From the IMG/VR virus record IMGVR_UViG_3300046455_000369: a DNA stretch of 36,858 nt; one strand, written 5' to 3'. A program made the position numbers and the translations under genes. Positions within the stretch are counted from its first letter, which is position 1. The number at the start of each line of letters is the position of its first letter. Below are positions 8,004-14,742 of this stretch, one piece after another. Origin of the DNA: a virus. The notes beneath the pieces were generated by a model. That model was not told where the DNA came from. It made no database searches and was given only the letters and a program-made list of their open reading frames with translations.

Positions 8004-8855
8004 ATGCCTGACCTGTGGATGCCCGGTGCGCAGCACCTGGACATAGGCGACCACGCGCCGACCGATGGCGGCCCGGCCAAGGCCATCGCGCACATCACCT
8101 GGGACAAGAACGCCAGCGCGGCCAAGCCGGCGGACCTGGTCCCGTACACCGCGCTGCGCAGCTACTTCGCGGGCGGCGGCGCCCCGGTCGCCCCGCACAT
8201 CCTCTGGGATGTCTTCACCGGGTCCTTCACCCAGTTCGTGCCCGCCAACTCGAGGTCGAAGAGCCTGGTCGACCAGGCGGGCGGCACCCGCACCAACCGG
8301 GCCGGCAGCGTGGTCATCCAGATCGAGGCGTTGTTCTTCCCGTACTGCCGGGTCGGGACGAAGGTGTACGCCAAGCTGGCCGACACCCCGTGCAAGGGCT
8401 GGGACGACCTGCACGCCTGGGTGAAGTCGTGGGGTGTCGCCGACGCCTGGCCGAACGGCCGCCCCGAGAACTGCACCCGCAACGAGAAGACGTGGGAGAC
8501 GAAGAGCGGCTGGTACCCGCATAAGGGCGTCCCCGAGAACGACCACGACGACCCGCTGTCCTGGCCTGCGTTCCCCGTCTCCCCGCCCGCGGCGGGGCAG
8601 CCGAAGCACGAGCCGTTCCCGGGCGCCTCGTTCTTCGTGGCCGGCCGCCGTTCTCCGATCATCGCCGCAATGCACAAGCGACTCGTCGCCGTCGGCTGCA
8701 ACAAGTACGCCAGCCCGGCCAACCCTGACGTCTGGGGTTCGGGCGACGAGCGGTCCTACGCCGCGTGGCAGCGGCACCTCGGCTACGCCGGCAGCGACGC
8801 CGACGGCCAGCCCGGCAAAACCAGCTGGGACCGACTCCAGGTCCCCATCGTCTGA
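8004..8855 (+). CDS. Endolysin (cell-wall hydrolase domain plus C-terminal Streptomyces-type peptidoglycan-binding domain), 283 aa
   Basis: GGAG, then ATG 8004. The C-terminus FPGASFFVAGRRSPIIAAMHKRLVAVGCNKYASPANPDVWGSGDERSYAAWQRHLGYAGSDADGQPGKTSWDRLQVP matches the wall-binding module common in Streptomyces proteins and phage lysins. A holin gene follows. The catalytic class cannot be resolved by eye. Confidence 0.75.
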   Translation: MPDLWMPGAQHLDIGDHAPTDGGPAKAIAHITWDKNASAAKPADLVPYTALRSYFAGGGAPVAPHILWDVFTGSFTQFVPANSRSKSLVDQAGGTRTNRAGSVVIQIEALFFPYCRVGTKVYAKLADTPCKGWDDLHAWVKSWGVADAWPNGRPENCTRNEKTWETKSGWYPHKGVPENDHDDPLSWPAFPVSPPAAGQPKHEPFPGASFFVAGRRSPIIAAMHKRLVAVGCNKYASPANPDVWGSGDERSYAAWQRHLGYAGSDADGQPGKTSWDRLQVPIV

Positions 8856-8870
8856 GAGGAACGATCTACC

Positions 8871-9137
8871 ATGTCCGACACCTCACTTCCCGCCGTGAAC
8901 ACCGTGGTAAAGACCGCCAAGACCTACGGCCGCGACCTCGCCGAGAGAGTCACCTGGTCCTTCCTCGGAGGCACGGCCGCCGTCGTCACCGCGTCGGGAC
9001 CGGCCGACATGTTCCACGCCTCGTTCTGGCAGGCCGCCGGCACCGGCGGACTCGCCGCGGTCGTGTCCCTCGTCAAGGGCCTGGCTGCCCGGTGGGTCAA
9101 CGTCCGGAACTCGGCCTCGACCGCCTCCGGCGTCTGA
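8871..9137 (+). CDS. Holin (88 aa, two predicted TM helices)
   Basis: Immediately downstream of the endolysin. Hydrophobic segments: WSFLGGTAAVVTASG and FWQAAGTGGLAAVVSLVKGLAA. Confidence 0.6.
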   Translation: MSDTSLPAVNTVVKTAKTYGRDLAERVTWSFLGGTAAVVTASGPADMFHASFWQAAGTGGLAAVVSLVKGLAARWVNVRNSASTASGV

Positions 9138-9167
9138 CCCTGCCCATCCGAGCGTCTTGGAGGTGGC

Positions 9168-9434
9168 ATGGATGCCGCCCTCGTCACAGCAATCGGCGTG
9201 ATCGTCAGCGCCATCGTGGCCGGGGCGGCAGCCATATACGGCTCCAGGGCCGCGGGACGGGCCCAACGGGAGGGCAACGCGGTGAACGGCTTCAACAGCC
9301 TCACGGACCAGCTCCAGGAGGAACGTAAGGAACTGCGCTCCGACGTAGCCGCCCTGCGCCTGGAGCTGGCCTCGGAGAAAGCGGAGACGGCGCGGCTTCG
9401 GCTGCTCGTGCAGCAGCTGGGGGGCACGCCATGA
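9168..9434 (+). CDS. Lysis-cassette membrane protein (N-terminal TM plus coiled coil), 88 aa
   Basis: GGAGG RBS, ATG 9168. TM segment ALVTAIGVIVSAIVAGAAAIYG is followed by a heptad-like LQEERKELRSDVAALRLELASEKAETARLRLL. Confidence 0.55.
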   Translation: MDAALVTAIGVIVSAIVAGAAAIYGSRAAGRAQREGNAVNGFNSLTDQLQEERKELRSDVAALRLELASEKAETARLRLLVQQLGGTP

Positions 9435-10105
9435 CGCGCACCCAGCGTGTGCTCGCCAGACGGTGGAAGCCCATCGCCCTCGTGGCCGCTCTGCTGGCCC
9501 TCACTGGCGCGGTCCTCCTCGTGTACGTGCGCGTCCAGGCCGAGGCCACGCGCGCCAACCAGCTCGCCGACGAGGCCGACCTGCGGGGCACTGCCGTGAC
9601 CACCCTGGCCGGGGACGTCCGCGTGCTGCGCGCACAGATCAAGGCCCGGGGCGGCACCCCGGCCGCGCCTGACCCGGCCAAGGCCGTCAAGAACCTGCCC
9701 GACCGGGCCGAGGTGCCCGTGCCGATTCCCGGCCCGCCCGGCCCGCCTGGGCCGAAGGGCGACCCGGGCGAGCCCGCACCCACGATCACTCCGTCGCCCG
9801 GTGCTTCCGGGGCGGCCGGCGCCAACGGTTCGGCCGGCGCGACCGGCCCTCAGGGGCCGCAGGGTGAACCGGGCGCCGACTCCACCGTCCCCGGACCCCA
9901 AGGACCTCAGGGGCCCGAGGGCGAGCGAGGCCCACAGGGCCCCGCCGGCCCCAGCTGCCCGGACGGCTACAGCCTCCAGGCACCCAGCTGGGACCCGGAC
10001 GCCCTTGTCTGCCGCCGGGACGGCGCACCGCCCCCAAGCCCCAGCCCGACCGGGCTGCTCGGCCTCGCCACACTCGCTACGACCGCCTCCTACCGGAAGC
10101 TGTAG
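9431..10105 (+). CDS. Secreted or membrane-anchored collagen-like (G-X-Y repeat) protein, 224 aa
   Basis: ATGA overlap start. N-terminus RRWKPIALVAALLALTGAVLLVYVRVQA, then a coiled segment. 21 G-X-Y triplets occur in three blocks (aa 101-175, nt 9731-9955). A Cys-containing C-terminal domain and a hydrophobic/basic tail (PTGLLGLATLATTASYRKL) follow. Confidence 0.75.
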   Translation: MTRTQRVLARRWKPIALVAALLALTGAVLLVYVRVQAEATRANQLADEADLRGTAVTTLAGDVRVLRAQIKARGGTPAAPDPAKAVKNLPDRAEVPVPIPGPPGPPGPKGDPGEPAPTITPSPGASGAAGANGSAGATGPQGPQGEPGADSTVPGPQGPQGPEGERGPQGPAGPSCPDGYSLQAPSWDPDALVCRRDGAPPPSPSPTGLLGLATLATTASYRKL

Positions 10106-10113
10106 AACAACAC

Positions 10114-10150
10114 GCGGCCCTGCTCTCCTTCGGGAGGGCGGGGCCGCTTT
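10114..10150. terminator. Bidirectional rho-independent-type terminator between convergent genes
   Basis: gcggccctgctctcc-ttcg-ggagggcggggccgc forms a 15-bp stem with two G-U pairs, followed by ttt. It sits between + gene 9431-10105 and - gene 10165-10431. Confidence 0.7.
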
Positions 10151-10164
10151 CGTCGTGTCCGGGG

Positions 10165-10431
10165 TCAGTCTTCCGGCTGCTCGGCGGCTGGCAGGGCGAT
10201 GACGAACACGCCTTTCCCCTGCACGCCCTGCACCAGGCCCTCGGTGGCGAGGACCTCGAGCGCGGTCTTGATGGTGCGCCTCGACACCACACCGCTCGTT
10301 TCGACCTCGAGTTCGGCCTGGGACGGGAGGCGGCGGCCTACCGGGATCTCGCCGCGCCGGATCCGGTCGCGGAGCACGGTGGCCAGCTGTACGTACAGCG
10401 GCGTCATCGCATCGCGGTCCAGCTCGATCAT
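10165..10431 (-). CDS. Stand-alone GntR-family winged-HTH regulator (about 88 aa, no effector domain)
   Basis: MIELDRDAMTPLYVQLATVLRDRIRRGEIPVGRRLPSQAELEVETSGVVSRRTIKTALEVLATEGLVQGVQGKGVFV is a typical GntR N-terminal domain. The start is uncertain (10431 or 10407). The upstream part of the track ORF (to 10566) is discounted. Confidence 0.75.
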   Translation of the reverse strand: MIELDRDAMTPLYVQLATVLRDRIRRGEIPVGRRLPSQAELEVETSGVVSRRTIKTALEVLATEGLVQGVQGKGVFVIALPAAEQPED

Positions 10432-10487
10432 GCTGTGACCGTAAGAGCACCACTCGTGCAGGCATAGATCTGGATAGCCCGTCCGAG

Positions 10488-10517
10488 GACGTACCAAGAC
10501 GTACCAAGTAGGCGTAC
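10488..10517. promoter_or_regulatory. Candidate operator: perfect tandem 10-bp repeat GACGTACCAA x2 plus a third CGTAC one helical turn further
   Basis: gaggACGTACCAAGACGTACCAAGtaggCGTACag lies in the divergent intergenic region between the GntR-like gene and the Cys-rich operon. GT..AC cores are typical of GntR operators. Confidence 0.5.
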
Positions 10518-10592
10518 AGTCCGGAGGCACGAGAAACCCCCGCAGCCTGGCAGGGCCCGGGGGCACGGTCCACGCCGAAGAGGAGCGTCGAC

Positions 10593-10790
10593 ATGCCAGA
10601 GACTACGCAGACCGAGGACACCCCGACCAGCCCCCGCGCAATGGGCTGGTGCCACTGGCACAAAGGCCTCGGGGAGACCCCGCGGCTGATCCAGGTCGTA
10701 GAAGCCGGCTCCGGACCGGGCGCTCGGATGTTCGCCTGCGGCCGCTGCTCCACCCGGTTCAACCTCACCCCGTTCGCCGACCAGCCGTGA
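10593..10790 (+). CDS. Small Cys/His-rich protein 1 (65 aa)
   Basis: RBS gaagaggag, ATG 10593. Motifs: GWCHWHKG...MFACGRCSTRFNLTP. Confidence 0.6.
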   Translation: MPETTQTEDTPTSPRAMGWCHWHKGLGETPRLIQVVEAGSGPGARMFACGRCSTRFNLTPFADQP

Positions 10791-11008
10791 CGGCGCCGGA
10801 GCTACCGAACGCGGCCCGGCTGACCCGCGGCCAGCACTCGGGATGGAACTGCGTGCTCTGCCACGCCCGGCTCACCCGGGGCGCGGTCTGCGCCGGCCGA
10901 GCCGAGGGCCGCATCGGCGCCCACGACATGGGCATCGACGTGTACGCCTGCCCCAGCTGCGCCACCCGATACGGCATCACCGACCGGCCAGGAGGTACCC
11001 CGCGATGA
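10787..11008 (+). CDS. Small zinc-ribbon protein 2 (73 aa), distant paralog of protein 1
   Basis: GTGA overlap start at 10787. Motifs: GWNCVLCHARL...VYACPSCATRYGITD. Confidence 0.55.
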   Translation: MTAPELPNAARLTRGQHSGWNCVLCHARLTRGAVCAGRAEGRIGAHDMGIDVYACPSCATRYGITDRPGGTPR

Positions 11009-11208
11009 AGACGATCAGCCAGGCGACGAAGGACCTCATGGCCAACGCGGACGCCTCGGGCTACCGGGCGGCCGGCCTCTGCGCCTCCAGGCACTCCAGT
11101 GGCGCGCTCTGCACCCGCAGCGCCAGCGATGGCCACGGCGCGGGCGAACACGGCAACCCCTACGTGGACCGGAAGTCCGTGGCGGACGCGTTCGGCCTGC
11201 GCTGGTAG
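11005..11208 (+). CDS. Small Cys/His-containing protein 3 (67 aa)
   Basis: ATGA overlap start at 11005. Sequence: MKTISQATKDLMANADASGYRAAGLCASRHSSGALCTRSASDGHGAGEHGNPYVDRKSVADAFGLRW. GC3-rich. Confidence 0.5.
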   Translation: MKTISQATKDLMANADASGYRAAGLCASRHSSGALCTRSASDGHGAGEHGNPYVDRKSVADAFGLRW

Positions 11209-11249
11209 AGCTCCGGTCCCGGCGCAGACGGCGTGCCGGGGCCGGACCG

Positions 11250-11285
11250 ACGGCCGCCTGTTCCCCCCGAGCAGGCGGCCGTTTT
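11250..11285 (+). terminator. Rho-independent terminator after the Cys-rich operon
   Basis: acggccgcctg-ttccccccgag-caggcggccgt followed by tttt/g. Confidence 0.75.
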
Positions 11286-11471
11286 GCGTCTACCTTCGAT
11301 TCGAAGGCGATCACTCACAGGCCCGAATTGAGCCGCAAAGCCGCAGGTCAGCGGGCTGGACTTCCATGACGAACGTCAAGCTCAAGCATGATCCTTTTAG
11401 TGGTGTCGCAGGACCATATTGGGGTTCCCGAACCTGAGACAAAGACGCCTCTAGCGGAGCACACTCGGGGC
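11286..11471. other. Candidate attP-containing and int-promoter region
   Basis: A 186-bp AT-richer non-coding gap directly upstream of the serine integrase gene. It has three short palindromes: CCTTCGAtTCGAAGG (11293-11307), TGACGaaCGTCA (11367-11378) and GGTTCccGAACC (11423-11434). Position is by analogy with other serine-integrase phages. The exact core is not identifiable by eye. Confidence 0.35.
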
Positions 11472-12968
11472 ATGAAGAACACCCAGACGGGGGGCGCCCA
11501 GACGCGCGCGGCCATCTACTGCCGCATCTCGCAGGACCGCACGGGCGCCGGTCTCGGCGTCGACCGGCAGCGCGAGGACTGCCAGGCCCTCGCCGACCGG
11601 AACGGCTGGACGGTCGTCGAGACCTACGTCGACAACGACGTGAGCGCGTACTCGGGGAAGAAGCGCAAGGACTACGAGCGCATGCTGGCCGACCTCGCCG
11701 AGGGCAAGGCCACCGTTGTGATCGTCTGGCACACGGACCGGCTCCACCGCTCGGTCACCGAGCTGGAGAAGTACATCAACATGTGCGAGCAGCGCGGCGT
11801 CACCACCCACACCGTGCAGGCCGGGGAGCTCGACCTCGCTTCACCCACCGGGCGGATGGTGGCGCGGATGCTCGGCAACGTCGCCCGATACGAGTCCGAG
11901 CACAAGGGCGACCGGATCGCGAGGAAGCGCCGGCAGAAAGCCATGGCAGGCGAGTGGGCCGGCGGGATCCGCCCGTTCGGCTGGGGCCTGCCCACCGGCG
12001 AGACGGTCAAGAAGGTGGACCGGAAGACCGGCGACGAGATCGAGGTCCCCGAGCTGGACATGCTCAAGGCCGTGCCCGAGGAGGCCGAGGCCCTGCGCTA
12101 CTGGACGGATCACATCCTGTCCGGCGGGTCGATCCGGTCGCTCGTGCAGTGGTGCGCGGACAAGGGCATCACCTCGACCCGCGGGAACGCCGTCACGCAC
12201 ACCGATATGCGCGACATGCTGCTGCGCCCCAGGAACGCCGGGATCGCCGTCTACAAGGGCGAGGAGGTCGGCCCCGGGCGGTGGGAGCCGATCGTCGCCG
12301 AGACGAAGTTCAGGGCCGTCTGCGCGGTCCTGAGGAACCCGGAGCGGACGACGACCCCGGGCGCCCAGCCGAAATGGCTGGGATCACTGCTGTACCGGTG
12401 CGGCCGCGGGGATTGCCCGGAGTTCGTGTACGTCACCCAGTCGGGCGGCCGCCGGTATCCGTCGTACCGGTGCCAGACCGGGCACGGCGGCGGCCGGCGC
12501 GCCGAGATCGTCGACCAGCATGTCGAGGACACGGTCGTCGAACGGCTGGAAAGAGACGACGCCCCCGACCTGCTGGAGCCCGCACCCGAGGGCGTGAACG
12601 TATCGGCGCTGCAGGCGGAGGCCGAGGACGTCCGGGGCCGGATGCGGAACCTGGCCGGGATGTACGGGGCCGGGCAGATCGACGAGGTGCAGTTCGCCGA
12701 GGGCACCGACACGGCCCGCGGCCAGCTGGAGGGGATTACGCGGCAGCTGGCGCGCGCAGCCCGGGTGGATCCGCTCGTGGAGCTCGTCGGCGCGAAGGAT
12801 GTACGGAAGGCGTGGAAGGCGCTGACCTTGGACCGGAAGCGGTCGGTGCTGCGTTCCCTGGTCACGGTGACGCTGAAGACTCCGCGCGCCGGCCGGATGC
12901 CCGACGGCGGCTACTTCGACTACGACGCCGTCGTCTTTGAGTGGAAGCGGGGATCACCGATCGGATGA
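11472..12968 (+). CDS. int: Large serine recombinase (phage integrase), 498 aa
   Basis: MKNTQTGGAQTRAAIYCRISQDRTG... is a resolvase-type catalytic domain with the Ser nucleophile context YCRIS. A recombinase domain (ARYESEHKGDRIARKRRQKA), a zinc ribbon (YRCGRGDCPEF...YRCQTGHGG) and a coiled-coil region follow. Confidence 0.95.
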   Translation: MKNTQTGGAQTRAAIYCRISQDRTGAGLGVDRQREDCQALADRNGWTVVETYVDNDVSAYSGKKRKDYERMLADLAEGKATVVIVWHTDRLHRSVTELEKYINMCEQRGVTTHTVQAGELDLASPTGRMVARMLGNVARYESEHKGDRIARKRRQKAMAGEWAGGIRPFGWGLPTGETVKKVDRKTGDEIEVPELDMLKAVPEEAEALRYWTDHILSGGSIRSLVQWCADKGITSTRGNAVTHTDMRDMLLRPRNAGIAVYKGEEVGPGRWEPIVAETKFRAVCAVLRNPERTTTPGAQPKWLGSLLYRCGRGDCPEFVYVTQSGGRRYPSYRCQTGHGGGRRAEIVDQHVEDTVVERLERDDAPDLLEPAPEGVNVSALQAEAEDVRGRMRNLAGMYGAGQIDEVQFAEGTDTARGQLEGITRQLARAARVDPLVELVGAKDVRKAWKALTLDRKRSVLRSLVTVTLKTPRAGRMPDGGYFDYDAVVFEWKRGSPIG

Positions 12969-13706
12969 GATCTCGATAACTTCATCCAACTCTCTCAATC
13001 CCCGTTCCAGGGTTCGAATATCCGCGTCACGCCCCCTCTTACCCTCGGGGGCAGCGCGCACTTCTTCCAACTTCCTGAGGAGGATGTCCCTGAGGCTAGT
13101 ACTTTGCCGATTGATCAGCTGCCTCGCCTCCTGCATATCTTGTGCGGTCTCGTCTGGATTCTGCTGCCCCAATCGAAGCAGCTTTTCCTGATGAGCCCGC
13201 GCAACCTCCGCCAGCATGATCGAAGCCATGCCTTCAAACGACATGACCAGCCGCGATGACGCCCCGGAACCCGAGCAGCGGCCGGCGAACTGGGCGATCA
13301 TGGGGATCATCGCCGCGATGTCATCCGGCAAGTCCTCGGCCCTCACCCCATAGCGGTCCAGGAAGTGATCGAATGAGATGTTGTCGGTGGTCGGGGAAGC
13401 TGCGTCGCCCGAGGACTTCTCGCCTCCGGTGTCCTTTTCCGGGAGCCTGAACAGAGGATTCCTCCACATGGGAACCCCTCCACCAAGCACATATTGAGCG
13501 CTTTCAGGAACCCATCCGAGGGCTTCCGAAAGAGCGTAGAGGGACTTGGGCCAGCGGGTCGGAACGCGCCCCTCTTCAGTCAACTGGATGCTCTTCTCCG
13601 AGACTCCGGACAGTTCCGACAGTCGCTTGCGGCTGTACCCATACCGCTCCCGGGCCTTCCGGATCTCTACCCCCAGGCGAGCCCAGTCGTCTGGGTCCCA
13701 CTTCAT
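12954..13706 (-). CDS. cI-like repressor candidate: XRE-family HTH plus about 170-aa C-terminal domain of unknown function
   Basis: MKWDPDDWARLGVEIRKARERYGYSRKRLSELSGVSEKSIQLTEEGRVP is a Cro/C1-type HTH. The gene is on the minus strand, divergent from a Cro-like gene and convergent with int. Alternative starts at 13757 or 13805. The region is visibly AT-richer. Confidence 0.7.
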   Translation of the reverse strand: MKWDPDDWARLGVEIRKARERYGYSRKRLSELSGVSEKSIQLTEEGRVPTRWPKSLYALSEALGWVPESAQYVLGGGVPMWRNPLFRLPEKDTGGEKSSGDAASPTTDNISFDHFLDRYGVRAEDLPDDIAAMIPMIAQFAGRCSGSGASSRLVMSFEGMASIMLAEVARAHQEKLLRLGQQNPDETAQDMQEARQLINRQSTSLRDILLRKLEEVRAAPEGKRGRDADIRTLERGLRELDEVIEISSDR

Positions 13707-13757
13707 GTCAACCACTTGACCCTCCAGGCTGGCAACGATCGGCAACGCCTCAACCAT

Positions 13758-13897
13758 AGAGTCTGGTCGCGACACTGGCAATGAGGACCCCCCGCCTGGT
13801 CGCAACTGGTAACCCAGTGGCCAATGTGACCAGCGGAAACGTGGTTACCTGGCAGTATTGCTTGCTTCATTGCCACTCATTACCTTATGGTCTGGCC
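13758..13897. promoter_or_regulatory. Divergent promoter/operator region of the immunity switch
   Basis: Repeats seen: CTGGTCGC at 13763 and 13796, plus inverted CTGGTCAC (13826-13833). Palindrome ACTGG-TAAC-CCAGT (13805-13818). GGTAACC/GGTTACC inverted pair (13808/13842). A[CG]TGGC(C)AATG at 13774 (+), 13816 (+) and 13868 (-). Confidence 0.55.
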
Positions 13898-14203
13898 ATG
13901 AAGACGGACGGACGCCTGATTCGCCGCAAGCGGATCAGGCTGGGCCACGGGTTGAACCGCTTTGCCGCGCTCGCAGGCATCAGCGGCGCCGCACTCAGCC
14001 GCATCGAAAACGGTCAACGCGCCCCGCGCCCCGAAACGCTCAAAAAGATCACCGATGCACTCGGCTGCCAGATGACCGAGGTCATCGCCGAGGAAGACGG
14101 TGCCTCTCCCGAGTACCAGCCGGGAGAGTCCGCCGGAAACGACGAAGAGGCCGGGTACCAGCCGGCCTCTCCAGTCGAGCAGTCCATCCCTACCGCGAAG
14201 TAA
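13898..14203 (+). CDS. Cro-like XRE-family HTH regulator (101 aa)
   Basis: MKTDGRLIRRKRIRLGHGLNRFAALAGISGAALSRIENGQRAPRPETLKKITDALGC. It is the first gene of the rightward early operon. Confidence 0.75.
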   Translation: MKTDGRLIRRKRIRLGHGLNRFAALAGISGAALSRIENGQRAPRPETLKKITDALGCQMTEVIAEEDGASPEYQPGESAGNDEEAGYQPASPVEQSIPTAK

Positions 14204-14218
14204 GAAACGAGCAGCTCC

Positions 14219-14542
14219 ATGGACAGAGTACCTACGACGGCAACGGCGCCGTCGACCAACCCGTTCGCCCACCTCACTCTCGCGCCCGCCGTAGTCGATT
14301 GGGTTCAGGTCCCCGTCGCCAGTCCGGCCGCCGCGTTCCAGGCGCTCGTCACCGAGTACGGGCTGCAGGTCGAGGAGTGGGACACCGTGACGCTCGACCC
14401 CAAGCTGCGCGACAAGTTCATGGCCTTCTACCTGGAGACGGACGGCAAGCGAATCCTCGTCGTACCCGTCGGCCAGGACCCCGCCGAACGCCTGCACGCC
14501 CTGCGCTCCCTCCTCGCCCACCAGGAGGTGACGCCGGTATGA
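14219..14542 (+). CDS. Hypothetical early protein (107 aa)
   Basis: Track ORF with GC3-rich codons, in operon context. Confidence 0.5.
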   Translation: MDRVPTTATAPSTNPFAHLTLAPAVVDWVQVPVASPAAAFQALVTEYGLQVEEWDTVTLDPKLRDKFMAFYLETDGKRILVVPVGQDPAERLHALRSLLAHQEVTPV

Positions 14543-14742
14543 GCACCGTCACCGAGCAGGCCATCGCGACCGTCGAGGACTTCCGCACGACGATGCGCAG
14601 CCTCGGCCAGAACACGCCGGCCGTCGAGAAGTTCGCCGACGACGTGACCATCTACGTCATCGCCACCGGCTCCCCGCAGCTCGCCGTCGACATGGCTCTG
14701 CAGAACGTCCTCGGCAAGAAGGCGGAGGTCACGGAATGCTGA
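14539..14742 (+). CDS. Hypothetical early protein (67 aa)
   Basis: ATGA overlap start at 14539. Sequence: MSTVTEQAIATVEDFRTTMRSLGQNTPAVEKFADDVTIYVIATGSPQLAVDMALQNVLGKKAEVTEC. Confidence 0.5.
   Translation: MSTVTEQAIATVEDFRTTMRSLGQNTPAVEKFADDVTIYVIATGSPQLAVDMALQNVLGKKAEVTEC

Noticed and set aside
9731-9955. 9-bp periodic GC-rich nucleotide repetition considered as a tandem repeat or CRISPR-like array
   Set aside because: It is the coding sequence of G-X-Y collagen-like triplets. There are no spacers or conserved repeat units. No CRISPR array is seen anywhere in the window.
10432-10566. N-terminal 45-codon extension of the GntR-like ORF
   Set aside because: It would run through the tandem-repeat operator region. 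GntR wHTH domains begin at the protein N-terminus, which fits the start at 10431.
11388-11471. Upstream extension of the integrase ORF (start at 11388)
   Set aside because: - The extension (MILLVVSQDHIGVPEPETK...) is AT-rich with atypical codons.
- It lies in the candidate attP/promoter region.
- ATG 11472 gives a normal serine-recombinase N-terminus.
13781-13897. N-terminal 39 codons of track ORF 13781-14203
   Set aside because: This stretch covers the repeat-rich operator region and has poor codon usage. The HTH protein starts naturally at ATG 13898.
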